Below the pieces are notes generated by a model. The model saw nothing but the letters and a program-made list of their open reading frames with translations. It was not told the origin of the DNA and ran no database searches. This document shows, one piece after another, positions 21,352 to 34,062 of a DNA stretch of 64,000 nt. This DNA comes from Perkinsela sp. CCAP 1560/9. Its lineage: Eukaryota; Protista; Euglenozoa: Kinetoplastea. A program made the position numbers and the translations under genes. The first letter of the stretch is position 1; the number at the start of each line of letters is the position of its first letter. The stretch spans positions 1 to 64,000 of the forward strand of contig CBFFSA010000043.1 of assembly GCA_965644495.1 (NCBI GenBank), written 5' to 3'.

Positions 21352-24300
21352 ATGGGCATGTTCACGCGGAGCCGGGCGAAAGAAACGGGAGTAGCACCCG
21401 TCGTACAGCCTCTACCTCCGACCCGTCGCAGGAAGAAAACAATTGAGGAGAAACCGCCTGAGGCTCCGTCCGAACCGAGCGCTTCTCCTTCGCCGCCCCC
21501 GCCGCCCCCGCCGCCCTCACCACCCACGACTTTGTCCACTGAAACTCCGTCTCTTCCATCGCCCGTCCCCGCCGCATCGCGGTCACCTACTTCACCGCCA
21601 CTTCCGCCGCCACTACCGCCGCCATCACCACCATCAACGCCATCTGAGTGTCCACAATCTCCTCCTCCGTCGATGCGTCGATCGCCGACCCCACTGCCGA
21701 AAAGTGACTGCAAAGTCACAATTAAGAACGCACTGCTGTCTTCAAATTTCTTCAATCGGCGAAACAAACAACTCAACCTTCTTCAGACAAGAGCTGACAA
21801 AGTGTCGCAAGACGAGAGCCCAACCATTCGTCACCCAGAAAGATGCATCAAAATAAGAACGAACACCGCTCGGAACACAGCATTTACGAACTGGAGCAAG
21901 GAACCAACGTACGCTCAGGCGGCCACCCCTCCACCAAAAGATCCCACTACTCTGGATGAACTCGTTTTACGACCGTTAAATCCGTCGGCCGTTGCCATGG
22001 ACAGTTACCGTAAGAAGGCTAAAGCTCTGCAGGATGCTATCATCCAAAAGGAAAACGAGCACAACAAGAGTACAAAGAACGTCCAGGAAAACGGACGCGT
22101 ACAAAACAACGAACCGATTCAGTACGGCGAAATTGCGCCCAACGGCGACGAAGGTTTCCGACCTGACACATCGAGCGAAATACAGGTAATTAGCACGACT
22201 CCGGGCCCCAAAACCAAGGAGTATGGAAGTAACACCGAGTTCTACGACTGCATCACGCCAGACACACAAGAAAAGGACAAACCAACCGAAACAACAAATC
22301 AAGTCATCAGCATACTTTATAGCGAAGGAAATCCGGAACAAGACAACCACATCGGTGGCATCATAAAATCGATAAATCCAGACACCGAATTCCCCATTCC
22401 TTTCGAGCGCATACAGAAGTCTTGTTCTTCAATAAAAAAAGGAACCAAATGCACAGTGGCGTGGACATTCGATAAACAAACCGCCTTGAACATCTCCGAA
22501 GGAACCGTAACACGATCCGCGAATCGGACCGGGGCGTCGAAACTACATTTGAGCTATAAAGGTCTGTTCGGCCATCGTGCAGAAGAAAGTTTTCCAGGTT
22601 TTCTTCCTCCGCAAGAAAATATCCGTGTATATCAGATCCGTTGGTACAGAGCTCCTCCAGCCATTGACGAGAACCTTCCTATTGAGACCCGCGAAGAAAC
22701 ACATGTTAAAAAGGCCAGAGCGCTTAAGCTGGACACAGGAGCTGAAGACGTAGACCATCTCCCAATTCCAACCGCGAAAACCATTAGTCCTGATTTTATC
22801 TCCAGTGTGATTGCCATATACAGGGACATCATGCACATCTATGCAGAAAGCGACTACGTACAAAGAAATCAAATTTGGAATAAAGTTTTGTCTGTGATAG
22901 TTTACGAGAGGAAATTTAGACGAGAAGAAATACGAATTTGAAAAGACTCCTTTTTCTCGAATGGCCCTACGAGGCACATAATCTCTGATTATGAATTCTA
23001 TTATATCTTTTAATATGATTTAAATTATAACTTTATGTAGATTGTGTATAGTTTTATAGCTTACATTCTCTTACAAGTTATTTTTTTTTTGGGGTGGTGG
23101 CTGCGTGCCAGGGGGCAAAGCCCCTTCACTACGTATTATAATTTTATATTATGCTTTTGAAATAGTTTGCGCGCTATATACATCCGGATAGTTGCATCAA
23201 TAATACGAATATTCTTTAGCTAGTAAATATAGGCAGTGGATGAGATTCAGGATATCAGCGATATATTTCTTTAGCTCTTACAACAATGTTTTCTTACAAG
23301 TTGTTTTTAATGTATGTGGAAGACTCTCGTCGTTGATTTCCAATGAAACTTTCATTAGCTTCCGTGCGTCAAGCCAATAGTAGACAACGGCGGCGAAGAC
23401 CCATACAACAAGAGACAGTTGAACACAATCAACCAGAAGACGAGTTTTTTCATGAGGACAAGCGAGCAATCAAACGGGCCACTCGTTTGGTGCTAGAAAA
23501 CTGTACATCGAAGGCTTCAAGGATTTTCGACTGTTCTTTTCAGAAGAGCACGTTGACTGATCAAGAAAAAGTCCAAAAACTACGTGCACTTCATCCAGAA
23601 CAAAACTGCAATTTCAAAGTTCCGGAAGATGCACCGATTATCGCAGGAATAGCCGTACAAGAATTAAGATGTGCAAGTAGACGACTGGCAAAAGGTGTGA
23701 GCCCTGGGCCTACAGGTACGACCGACAGCATCGTTAGACTTCTCATAGACGACGAGCCATGTTGCAATAGTCTTTGTCACATGATGAGCGATCTGATCAA
23801 CGGATTCCTATCTAGACAAGTTCTACAGCGTCTAAATCGGGCAAGACTCGTAGCCATCGACAAGCCCAACGGGGGAGTACGCCCAGTAGCTATTGGAGAA
23901 ATATTTAGCAAATTAGCTGGAATAATTCTGCTGCAAAGATACGAAAAGTCACTAGAACCCCTCTTTGCACCAATGCAACAAGGCGTATTCTCTCAAGCGG
24001 GGTGCGAACGAATCGTACACAAGTTGCGGGACCGCTGGCTTGACGGACACTCAATCCTGACTGTGGATATGCAAAATGCATTCAACTCACCCTCACGAGA
24101 GGAAATTGCAAAGTGCGTTTTTGCTTTCGCTACACTGAAACCCTTTCAAAGGTTCTTTGCGGCCGAATATTCAAATGCTTCCGAACTTTTATTTTATGGC
24201 TCCGATGGCAGCCTGACGGACATTATAATGATCTCAGCAGGTGTACGGCAAGGGTCCGCTCTGGCTAGTCTTTACTTTTGCGTATTCTGTCAACCAATAC

Positions 24301-25865
24301 TCGAGACACTGGCCTCCGAATTTCCAGGTATTGAAATAAATGCATACATTGACGATATAACGTTAGTCTCTCGAGATTCAACCGAACTGGAGAAAGCATT
24401 CTTTAGGCTCAAAGGTCTCCTAGAAGAAAAACAGGTGAAACTAGCCGAGGCAAAATGCGTTTGGTTCAGAGGAAAATCCGGAAATTCCATACCGAATTCG
24501 CTGAGCACCCAAGGTGTAAAGTCGGAGGACGAAGCGGTCAAAGTACTCGGAGCGTATATTGGAGAAAACAACACAATAAGTGAACGACTTTTGCGTCAAC
24601 TAGAGAAGCAGGTCACAGCTTTTCGGCGGCTAAAACGAATGGGCATCAATAATATATCGATGATTCTTTTAGCAAAATGTGCCAATGTTCGTCAACAATA
24701 CCTGATTCGTGTTCACCCGCCCGAAACAACAGAGAAAGCATCATCACAATTCGATCAAGAGGTTGAAAATGTGGTAGAGACTTGGATTGGTCCACTCTCT
24801 CCTGATCAAATGAAAATTGTACGATTACCCGTTAAGAAGGGAGGAATGGGTTTGGCAGCGAGCAGTCCCCTTAGGGAGACGGCATATGTGGCATCCCGCT
24901 ACTCGGTTCTTGAGCGCCGAAACTCTTTTTCAGCTCGGATCGACAACGCGGTGCCATCACACCCGTCTATTCCTAAGAACTCGACAATGAAAGTCATACC
25001 AGTGGACGAAAAAGCTTCCACCAGCATTCATCATGTCGAAGTATTGAAAAAGTTGCAAACGGATCCCGACATTAAGCCCATTCTACAAGCCACATCCTTC
25101 AAAGGAAACAGCGACTGGATCCTTTCCAACGCGAAGTACATCCCTTCCCATCTCTTCAAACTCGCGATTATGCCACGACTAAATGCCCAACACCCAGATC
25201 TACCTACCAGTCTATTGTGTCCAGGGTGCGGTATTCTCCTCAATAACCGAAACGCCCTCACCCATATCCCAGGCTGTGCTCAATGTTCAGGTATAAATAC
25301 GACCGTGAAACATAACTCACTTGTCGGATTTTTACATCGTCTATGCGTGAAAGCAGGCATCCCATGTGAAACGGAACCTAGAAACTTTTCTACGTGGAAG
25401 TGCATCGCTTGCCGATCCACAATCAGTCCGGAAAACCAGTTGGTACATCAGAAGACTTGTGCAGGAAAAAAACTTTGTCGGTCTGGCCCCGATCTCGTGA
25501 TCTATTGGAACACGGGTGCGGTCTTCTATGATCTGACAGTTATTCACGAACTCTCAATGTCTAATCGTGGAAAGAAATGCACACAGCTCATGAATGACGC
25601 GCTGCAGCGAAAGTCCAACACATATGTACGTACGAACTTAATTCGTGAAGACTCATTTCAATGTTTACCCGTACTGGCAGGAGGCGCTTTGCACCGCAAT
25701 ACGCAGAACTTGGTACACTCGCTAGCAGACGCGGCCATGCTAAACAGGAAACAGGTCGAACTCGAAATGAAGCTGACGATTCAGGAGCTTAATGGATTAG
25801 GGATTTATGCGCAGCTAAAGAAATACTTAGACGGCTGCACGCAAACTCAAGAATATAGTATATAA
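21352..25865 (+). CDS. CRE family-1 polyprotein (join 21352-22894 + 23341-25865, 1355 aa), interrupted by a solo YR repeat
   Basis: SL remnant CCTTGTTG at 21316-21323. The join gives KVLSAMKLSLA (paralog RLLSAIKLSLA). Motifs: GVRQGS, YIDD, CPGC..HIPGC..KHN..E..GPDL..YDLTV. Poly(A) at about 26028-26049. Confidence 0.9.
22895..23340 (+). repeat. Solo terminal repeat of a YR retroelement (variant C)
   Basis: TGATAGTTTACGAGAGGAAATTTA...TTGATTTC; no TSD; removal restores the frame exactly. Confidence 0.8.
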
Positions 25866-26049
25866 GTTCTAAACACAATATCACTATAAGCTGAGTCAGC
25901 TTATAAAATTATATAGATTTCATTTTCGGGATAGTTTCTCTTTGAAAATTGAGAGAAGGGGGGAAGGTGAACATGTCTCACATTTGATAGTAATCGGCGC
26001 GTATATAATATATGCGCTCCACGGGCTAAAAAAAAAAAAAAAAAAAAAA

Positions 26050-26560
26050 GCCGCGGAACGCGCGGATGGATTGGGCGTGGATTGCTTCCTTTTTTATTAT
26101 TATTGTTATCAGAATCATAAATAACTTAAGGCAGGTTGAATTACTAGTTTTGGGCTACAACATGGGAAATTGCTAATTTGATTGCTTGTTTACAAATCAT
26201 ATACCCCCCCCAATGGACCTTCATGGTTCATGTATTGGGTAATATAGAGGCAATGCCGCGTTTCATACTTCTCCCCCCTTATTAATCGCAAAAAAAAAAA
26301 AAAAAAAAAAAAGCCCACGACACATACTCAACAACATGGACGCGGATAAGACGGCCGAGCCGGAAATGGTTATACCCCGGCAGCCTCCCCACGTCCACGT
26401 GCGGACGGCCCTTTCGTTAGTCAGTGATTGGGTGCATGCGGATCGGTGAGTGGGGTAGGGAGTGAGGGAAGGGAAGTACGAGAGGGCTAAGAGGAGTAGG
26501 TGTGGAAAGTATGGGGAGTAAGGGAAAGTGAAGGGCCGTAAGTGTGGAAATTGTGGAAAA
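26050..26560 (+). mobile_element. CRE family-2 3'-end fragment with poly(A), followed by a SINE 3' fragment
   Basis: 26055-26312 resembles 20536-20824; 26430-26560 matches 7233-7365. Confidence 0.7.
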
Positions 26561-26574
26561 GTATTATTATTGAT

Positions 26575-28131
26575 ATTATTGAAACTTTGGCTGCAGAATT
26601 CCCTGACATCACGATTGCTGCATACGTTGATGATATTAACCTCGCTTCCCACGACACGCAACTCTTAAGCAAAGCTTTTGTACGCCTAAAAGAACTGCTG
26701 GCAGCGGAAGATCTCCTTGTATCAACTGAGAAGTGCGTCTGGTTCAGCGGGGTAAACAAGGAGCCTTTACCTGATGACATCAGGGATGCAGGGGTGAGAA
26801 ATGAAGAAGATGCACTGAAAACACTCGGAGCTTTTATAGGAGATGATGATAAAGTTAGTGAGAAACTTTTAAGTACATTCAAAAAGCACGATGCAATTTT
26901 CAGGAGACTCAAGCTCATGGGAGCAAACAACGTGTCAACCCAATTGCTGTCAAAATGTGTAAACGTACGGCAAACTTATCACATGCGTGTACATAACCCA
27001 ACTGCGACTGAGGCATTAACGTTCAATTTTGACAATGCCATTGCGGAAGTTCTCACTTCGTGGTTTGGAAAGCTATCCGACGACCAGATTTCGCTACTTA
27101 GACTACCTGTAAAGAAAGGAGGCCTGGGTCTGACTGCGTGTCTACCTACCCGCAAAGCGGCATATGAATCTTCGAAATTCACAGTTCTTGAACGCCCAAA
27201 AACCAATTCAGTTCGGACTGGGGAATTCCAAGAAGCGAATGCCAACATGCATAAGGACGTACCAGTAGACGAATCAACGCAGGCGGCAGAGATACACGCG
27301 AAAACTTGGGTGCAACTCACGGAGTCGGAATCTCCCATGGCATCTATATTGCAAGCAACGACGCATAAAGGAAACTACGCATGGATCATGTCAAGCGCAC
27401 GGTTTGTGCCATCTCATCTATTCACTCTGGCACTTTTACCTAGGCTAGGTCTAACTCATCCGGAACTTCCACCCCGAATGTTATGCCCAGGATGCAAAGT
27501 TCTACTAACATCCGGTTCCATTCTGACGCACATAGCAGGCTGCACAAAATGCTCAGGGCTCAACGCAACCGTGAAACATAGCACGCTAGTGAATTTCCTC
27601 TATGAGTTAAGCTTGAAAGCTGGTATTCCTTGTGAGAAGGAACCGCGCCTATATTCAACGTATCGGTGCACGCAATGCAATGAAGTAGTCGGGCCGGAAT
27701 ACAGGCAGACACATAGTAAAGTGTGCGGAGGGAAATCTTTTCGCCGCTCTGGACCAGATCTCGTAATTTACTGGAATGATGGAGAAATATATTACGATTT
27801 CACCGTGGTACATGAATTAGCGCCTTCAAATTTGGGAACGAAATGCAATAAGCTATTCCGGGACGCCATCAAACGAAAACACGATACTTATGTCGCAACA
27901 AATAAAATCGCGAAAGAAAAATTCAGATGTATTCCCATCCTCTCTGGTGGATCCCTCCACTTCAATACGAAGTCGCTGTTAATGGCCCTCGCAGATGCGG
28001 GCAGCGTACCTCGACAGCAGCTTCAGCTTGAGCTACAACTTTTGCTACAGGAGCAAAATGGTGCCATACTATATTCACAACTTCGGAATTACCTTGAGAA
28101 GGACAAGGGGGCGCTCCAGTTCGCTATATAA
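26575..28131 (+). pseudogene. 5'-truncated CRE family-1 RT-RLE
   Basis: AYVDD, LPVKKGGLG, CPGC..HIAGC..KH, GPDL..YDFTV; A-tail near 28211. Confidence 0.9.
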
Positions 28132-28422
28132 AGAGTTTCTAAAGAGGGGCAGAGCTTCTAAAGCCTGCAGTCAGGATAGATTTTTCAGAACTTGAGATAG
28201 TAATTGGCGCAAAAAAAAAAAAAAAATAGTGTATAAAAGTAAGATATTTTATTCATAAAAGGATTTTTTATATAGCAACGAGGAATTCTGCAAAAGAACG
28301 CCTGCGAAGGTATTGTCCAGTAAAAAAAAAAAAAAAAAAAGTTGGACTCCATACATAAAAAGTTAGACCCAATACTATTCCCCCCAATTATTTGCAAAAA
28401 AAAAAAAAAAAAAAAAAAAAAA

Positions 28423-29105
28423 CTTTAACGATAAAGATACAGTTTCTGTACCTTGTTGAATTATTTCCCCTTTTCTTCCATACACCATCTTCCAGACCAT
28501 GGGAGGGCACCCCCCTCAAATACACTCCTTTTTGTCGGCATCCCCCTTCCCCGTCTCGTCCCATCACCCCCTGCGCCGCATCCCCCCACCTCACCCTCCC
28601 TCCGCAGTGCGCTTGCCCCCCTGTTGTGTTTCTCTCTCGCGTCCCCCACCCCCGTGTCAGCAGCCAAAAGTATACAATACTTGCTCACGGGGTGGGGGCA
28701 GAGTTCCTGGCAGATGGGCCCGTGCTTCGCCTCCTCTCGCCCCTGCGTCAGTCGCCCCGTGTCTCTCTCCGCGCTCTTCTCCCTCGGCGTGACGACGTCT
28801 TTGTGTTTCGTGGCCTCCACGTCTCCCACCCTCGTACGGCAACCAAAAGTATTTATTACTGCTAACGGGGTGGGAGCGGAGGTGCAGGACCATACGGGCC
28901 TGGGTGCATGCGGATCGGTGAGTGGGGTAGGGAGTGAGGGAAGAGAAGTACGAGAGGGCTAAGAGGAGTAGGTGTGGAAAGTATGGGGAGTAAGGGAAAG
29001 TGAAGGGCCGTAAGTGTGGAAATTGTGGAAAAGTTGGACTCCATACATAAAAAGTTAGACCCAATACTATTCCCCCCAATTATTTGCAAAAAAAAAAAAA
29101 AAAAA
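28423..29105 (+). mobile_element. SL-headed SINE-like copy 3 (longest 3' end)
   Basis: SL at 28423-28458 and an A-tail. Its terminal ~55 nt also occur just upstream at 28340-28420. Confidence 0.85.
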
Positions 29106-29558
29106 GCTCGGCGTGGATTTCTAATAGTCCACGTTTTGAAATTTAGCCGAGGGGCTGTTATGTATTTGCCTGCTGGCCCTTCGGGGCACATAGTTTCTTC
29201 GAATTATGATTTGTATTCAGAATTTTACATGGGATGGGTATTTACTATTATCTTATATATCCTTGTTAGGTTGTTATTTTACTTCGCTTTAAGTTTTTGT
29301 GCCCACCCACCAAGCCCCCAGCCATTTGGCCGAGGGTTCCGGTGGGGGGGAATCCCGTTAACAACGTGACACATGATTATTTGTTTTATGCAGGCTTTCT
29401 TTTGAACTATGTTTGTGCATGTGAATTCTATCTATATATCGTATTATGTGTTCTTTCATTTTGGGACGATTTGGAAGTGTGATTATATTAGTCATAGGTA
29501 TTTGCTTATATTTGTTTGTTACTTATATGTTTCATGGAGCCCCCTCGGCGTGGATTTC

Positions 29559-30750
29559 GCTTTTAAATTATGAACCGGAAGTTGCGCTGTATCACCCATC
29601 CAAATATCTACACAAAGCACATGATGCTATGGCAGTGAAGCGCGACTTCACTTGTGGTTTTTACCAAATTAGTATTCCCTTGAAGGCACGGCCGAGGTTT
29701 AGATTTCGATCGACATTGGGCGAAGTTTTCGAGATGAACGTTCTTCCCATGGGTCATCGCTGCGCACCAGAAATCATGCACACTGTTACCGCCGCAATTG
29801 CCGGCGAGAGGTCGGTGTGTCAGGAGCGTTTCTCGTTTCACAGAGGTGCCACTGACGTTTACGTCGACGGAGTTCGTTTTTCGGGGACAGCGAACGATGC
29901 CGTCGAATACGCTCGCTTTATTGACGAGCGGTGTTCCAAAGCAAACGGCCTCTTTAAAGACGCCGGACAGCCCCCTGCTTTGAAGTATGTTTTCAATGGG
30001 GTGGCTTTCGACCACGACACTCATACGGTCTGCCTGGGACCGAGAGTGGTCAGTAAACTGCAAAAAGACAAATTTCATAAATTGTCTTTTGGTGATCTTG
30101 AGGCGGCGGTGGGGCGTCTTCTGTATGGATCTGCAGTCTTGCGGCTCAATATGCCACGCTTTTATTTCGCGATGAAAGTCGCGCAGCGTAGGATCAACTT
30201 ATTAAATCGCTGTCCGTATTTGATCGACAAGCCAGTTGATCTTCCGGTAGTTACTCGTTCTACACTTACCGAATGGCGAAATGAATTGATATGCAATCTT
30301 CCCCGACCCCCGCCTCCTCATCCTGACACCGTTCCTCACCACCACAAGTTATACACGGATGCTTCTGCGAAGGGATGGGGGGCCATCATTTACCTTGATT
30401 CTGGGGAGGTATTAATTACTGGTGAGGCATGGCCGAAACATTTTAAGTATGAAGTGAATCGGGCCGAAGCGATGGCGGTCCGCTTAGCTATTAAAAAGTT
30501 TGCTATGCACTCCCCCAAAGGAACGTGCTTGGATATCTTCGTGGATAACACCTCCTGTAAGGCAGCGTTGAACAGGAGATTATCGAAGTCAGAAGGAGTG
30601 TCAAAGGAATTGAAAGAAATAATACGAGACACTGAGAAACGTGGGATTTGTGTCGAGGCGAGATATGTGTCTACGTTGAACAATCCGGCCGATCATATAA
30701 GTCGGGGTAAAGAAGTTGACATTAAACAGATTAAAAAGTGTGTGATGTAA
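29559..30750 (+). pseudogene. C-terminal RT-RNase H of YR element 1
   Basis: YVDG, YTDAS, NPADHISR; continues exactly from 3908. Confidence 0.92.
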
Positions 30751-31547
30751 AGGGCACGATAATAGACCGGTCATCTATTATTGTGTTATCCTTCCCTAGT
30801 TATTTTCGAAAAAAAAAAAATTACTGTGTGTTTGGGAAAATATTGTGACGTGTGTGTGGGCAGGTAGCCGCCGGGTTTGGCGGGTGCAACCCGCTATCAT
30901 AGTGATATATTATAAATTTATATTGTTTGTTTTGAAAGGCCTATTTTGTCAAGATGATGTAGAAGCTACATACGTTTCAATTTGCTTTTCATGTATATGA
31001 TATGAATAGGTGAACTCATGTGAAAATAAATTATTATTTCATCTTTATAGTTATTTTCTTTTATGTCCTGTGCGGCCCCTCGGTGTGGATTTCTAGAAGT
31101 CTACGCATGGAAATTTAACCGAGGGGCTAATATCGGGTCAAATGCCCCGGAAGGGGGTTATAATTTTCATTGTTCTTTTCCCCGAAAGGGGGTTGTAATT
31201 GAATCATGTATAAAAGCTACAATATGTATTCTGAAAATTTACATATTTACTGATTACTTACTTGTAGAATCCTTTTCCTTTACGCGTTTTTTGTCCCACC
31301 CACCAAACCCCCATCCTATAGCCGCCGGGTTTGGCGGGTGCAACCCGCTAACATAGTGATATATTATAAATTTATATTGTTTGTTTTGAAAGGCCTATTT
31401 TGTCAAGATGATGTAGAAGCTACATACGTTTCAATTTGCTTTTCATGTATATGATATGAATAGGTGAACTCATGTGAAAATAAATTATTATTTCATCTTT
31501 ATAGTTATTTTCTTTTATGTCCTGTGCGGCCCCTCGGTGTGGATTTC

Positions 31548-33186
31548 TGGATCAGACGGAAAGTTACACGACAAAGTTTTCAGCACAGCAGGAGTTCGAC
31601 AGGGGTCTCCCCTTTCTACGCTTCTTTTCTGTACAATGATGCAACCCATCCTCGCAACGCTGGCCTTAGAATTTCCCTCGATCAAAATATTCGCATACAT
31701 AGACGACATAACCTTTGCTTCGGATGATCCTGCACTCCTAACGAAGGCATTTTATAGAGTGTGGGATTTGTTGAATGAAAGAAACATGCAAATGGCAAAT
31801 CATAAATGTGTGTGGTTCGGAGGAACGAAGGGCACGGAAATTCCGGAAGTTCTGCGAATGGCGCAAGTCAACGTAGAGAAGGACGCAATCAAGGTTCTCG
31901 GCGCTTACGTGGGAGAAGACGAAAAGGTAGATCCCCTACTACTAGAAAAGCTACAGAAACATAAAACAATTTTCCGTCGGTTAAGTCAGATGGGAGCGAG
32001 CAACGTATCTACTATCCTGCTCTCTAAATGTGTTAACATTCGTCATCGTTTTCATATTCGCACACACACACCGAACTCCTCTGAAGCGATGGCAAAGGAG
32101 TTTGACGGCGAAGTTGATAAAGTTCTGAAGACATGGTTCGGACCAATGACGCAAGATCAACTGGACTGGGCAAGGCTTCCCCTTCGTATGGGTGGGCTGG
32201 GCCTGCCTTCTACTGATGCACTCCGAGCCGCCGCGTACCAGGCGTCGCGCAGTGTGGCTTTTGAGCAGCCAAAATTCCTTTCAGCTCAAGTCACGCCTAG
32301 CGAGTCGGACACTGCACCTGTCGCTGAGATGACGGCAGTCGAAGTCAAGATGCACAAAGAAGTGAAGGAGCGCCTTCGGAAGAACAAGAAATTTGCAAGA
32401 ATCATGGACGCTACAACGAAGAAGGGTAGTTATACATGGATACAAGCAAACGAGCGACTCGTGCCGTCGCGGTAATTCACCTTAGCAGTAATGCCCCGCC
32501 TGGGAATGGGCCATCCACGTCTTCCCGAATCTCTCACCTGCCCCGGATGCAGAGTTCTTCTAAACAGTGCCACTGCCCTTACACATATTCCGGGTTGCGT
32601 CCGATGTGCGGGAATGAATACAACGGTAAAGCACAACGCACTAGTACGCTATATTCATAATATGTGTCTGCGTGCGGGTATTCCTTGTGAGTTAGAGCCA
32701 CGGCAATTCTCCACATATGTGTGCACATCATGCTCCGAGGTGATCCGAGAAGAACGTCGGCGAGAGCACATTGCGACATGCAAAGGCAGCACGCTACACC
32801 GTTCAGGGCCCGATTTGGTTATTTATTGGGCGACAGGTGAAATCTTCTATGATCTCACCGTCGTACACGATCTGGCACCATCTCTTGCGGGAACAACACC
32901 GGCGAAGGCAATCAAAGATGCGATCGCGCGGAAAAACACCAAATACGTCTCATCGAATATGTTCGCCGAGGAGCAATTCGCCTGTTTACCGGTGCTGTCA
33001 AGTGGCTCGTTGCACGCCCGAACTCGGGAGCTGCTACGGCTTCTGGCGGAAAAGATTTCTATTGAGCCCAGCAAGGTGGAAAACGATTTCATACTTCTCT
33101 TGCAGGAGATGAATGGAAACATTCTCCTAGGCCAGCTCAGAAAGTACCTGAGCCAAAGCCATGGGGACGATATTTGCGCTTTTTGA
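31548..33186 (+). pseudogene. 3' half of the CRE family-1 copy begun at 1431 (in-frame TAA at 32473-32475)
   Basis: GSDG..GVRQGSPLS..YIDD and RLE motifs; A-runs at about 33292-33321. Confidence 0.88.
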
Positions 33187-34062
33187 TGGAATATGCAGTG
33201 AGAATCCGTGGTAGGAAGTCTCATAGTTTACGAAAAGAATTGTTTGAAGAGGATTCGCAGTTTATATCATACAATTATTAAGACAACGTTTAAAAAAAAA
33301 ATAATTCTGTAAAAAAAAAAATTTTGACAGGATGTGTAATACTATGACATGATGTCAGACCGAGGCCTCCTTTCTTTAGCGGCAGCCGAGACAATTCGAT
33401 TTGCTCTTTGGTCATTTCTCCCAACCACTGGTGCAGCACTTTTTCGACGTTGTTGTCGAAACTGAGAGAGACCGCGTCGGTTAACGTTGGCTCGTGCACT
33501 CTTATGGCGTATTGATGCCTCACATTCATGCTTTTGGAAAGTAGCAAAAGTGAGACATTGTTGGCGCCCATAAGTTTTAATCGGCGAAAGGCTTCGGTAT
33601 TCCTGACAAGCTGCTGAAACAAGCCCGACTTTACAGATTCATCTTCTCCAAGGTGTGCCCCAAGGATCTTTATAGAATCGTACGCAGCCTTGACCCCTTC
33701 ATTTGCAAGCTGTTCTGGAATCGGGATTTTTTCCTGCCCACCGAACCACACGCATTTTCCAGGAGCAAGTTCAATGTTGTGAGCATTCACCATTTCTTGG
33801 AGCCTTACAAATGCTTTGGCCAATGATTGTGAGTTTTTCGAAGCCATGTTCACGTCATCAATAAACGCATATATTTCGATGTCGGGAAACTCTTGTTTCA
33901 GAGTCTCCAATAGTGGCTGCAGGAAGGCGCAGTAGTATAGAGATGCCAGCGGGGAACCTTGCCGCAAACCACATGTGCTGGGAATGACTCCGAATAGCGT
34001 TCCATCGGATCCGTAATACAGTAGCTCTGAGGGTTGGCCGTATTCAGCGTGAAAGATCCGTT

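Larger units (their letters stand above)
3909..29558 (+). mobile_element. YR retrotransposon 2 with split direct repeats, nested in YR element 1
   Basis: A1 at 3909-4087, body at 4088-6650, B1 remnant at 29107-29121, A2B2 at 29122-29558. Excision restores AAC AG|G CTT TTA AAT TAT GAA (DDNNRLLNYEP, versus DDNDRLKSYEP in the paralog) with no TSD. Confidence 0.85.
2883..31547 (+). mobile_element. YR retrotransposon 1 (VIPER/TATE-like) with split direct repeats A1...B1-A2-B2, internally deleted and carrying nested insertions
   Basis: A1 at 2883-3081, B1 at about 30865-31093, A2B2 at 31094-31547. Removing the element rejoins TT|T GGA TCA GAC (ELLYF-GSDG) of the host RT with no TSD. Confidence 0.85.

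Noticed and set aside
31094-31547. Helitron2/Helentron-type non-autonomous element
   Set aside because: Insertion sites show no TT or AT preference, and the A1...B1-A2-B2 layout around YR-RT genes explains both the tandem junctions and the lack of TSDs.
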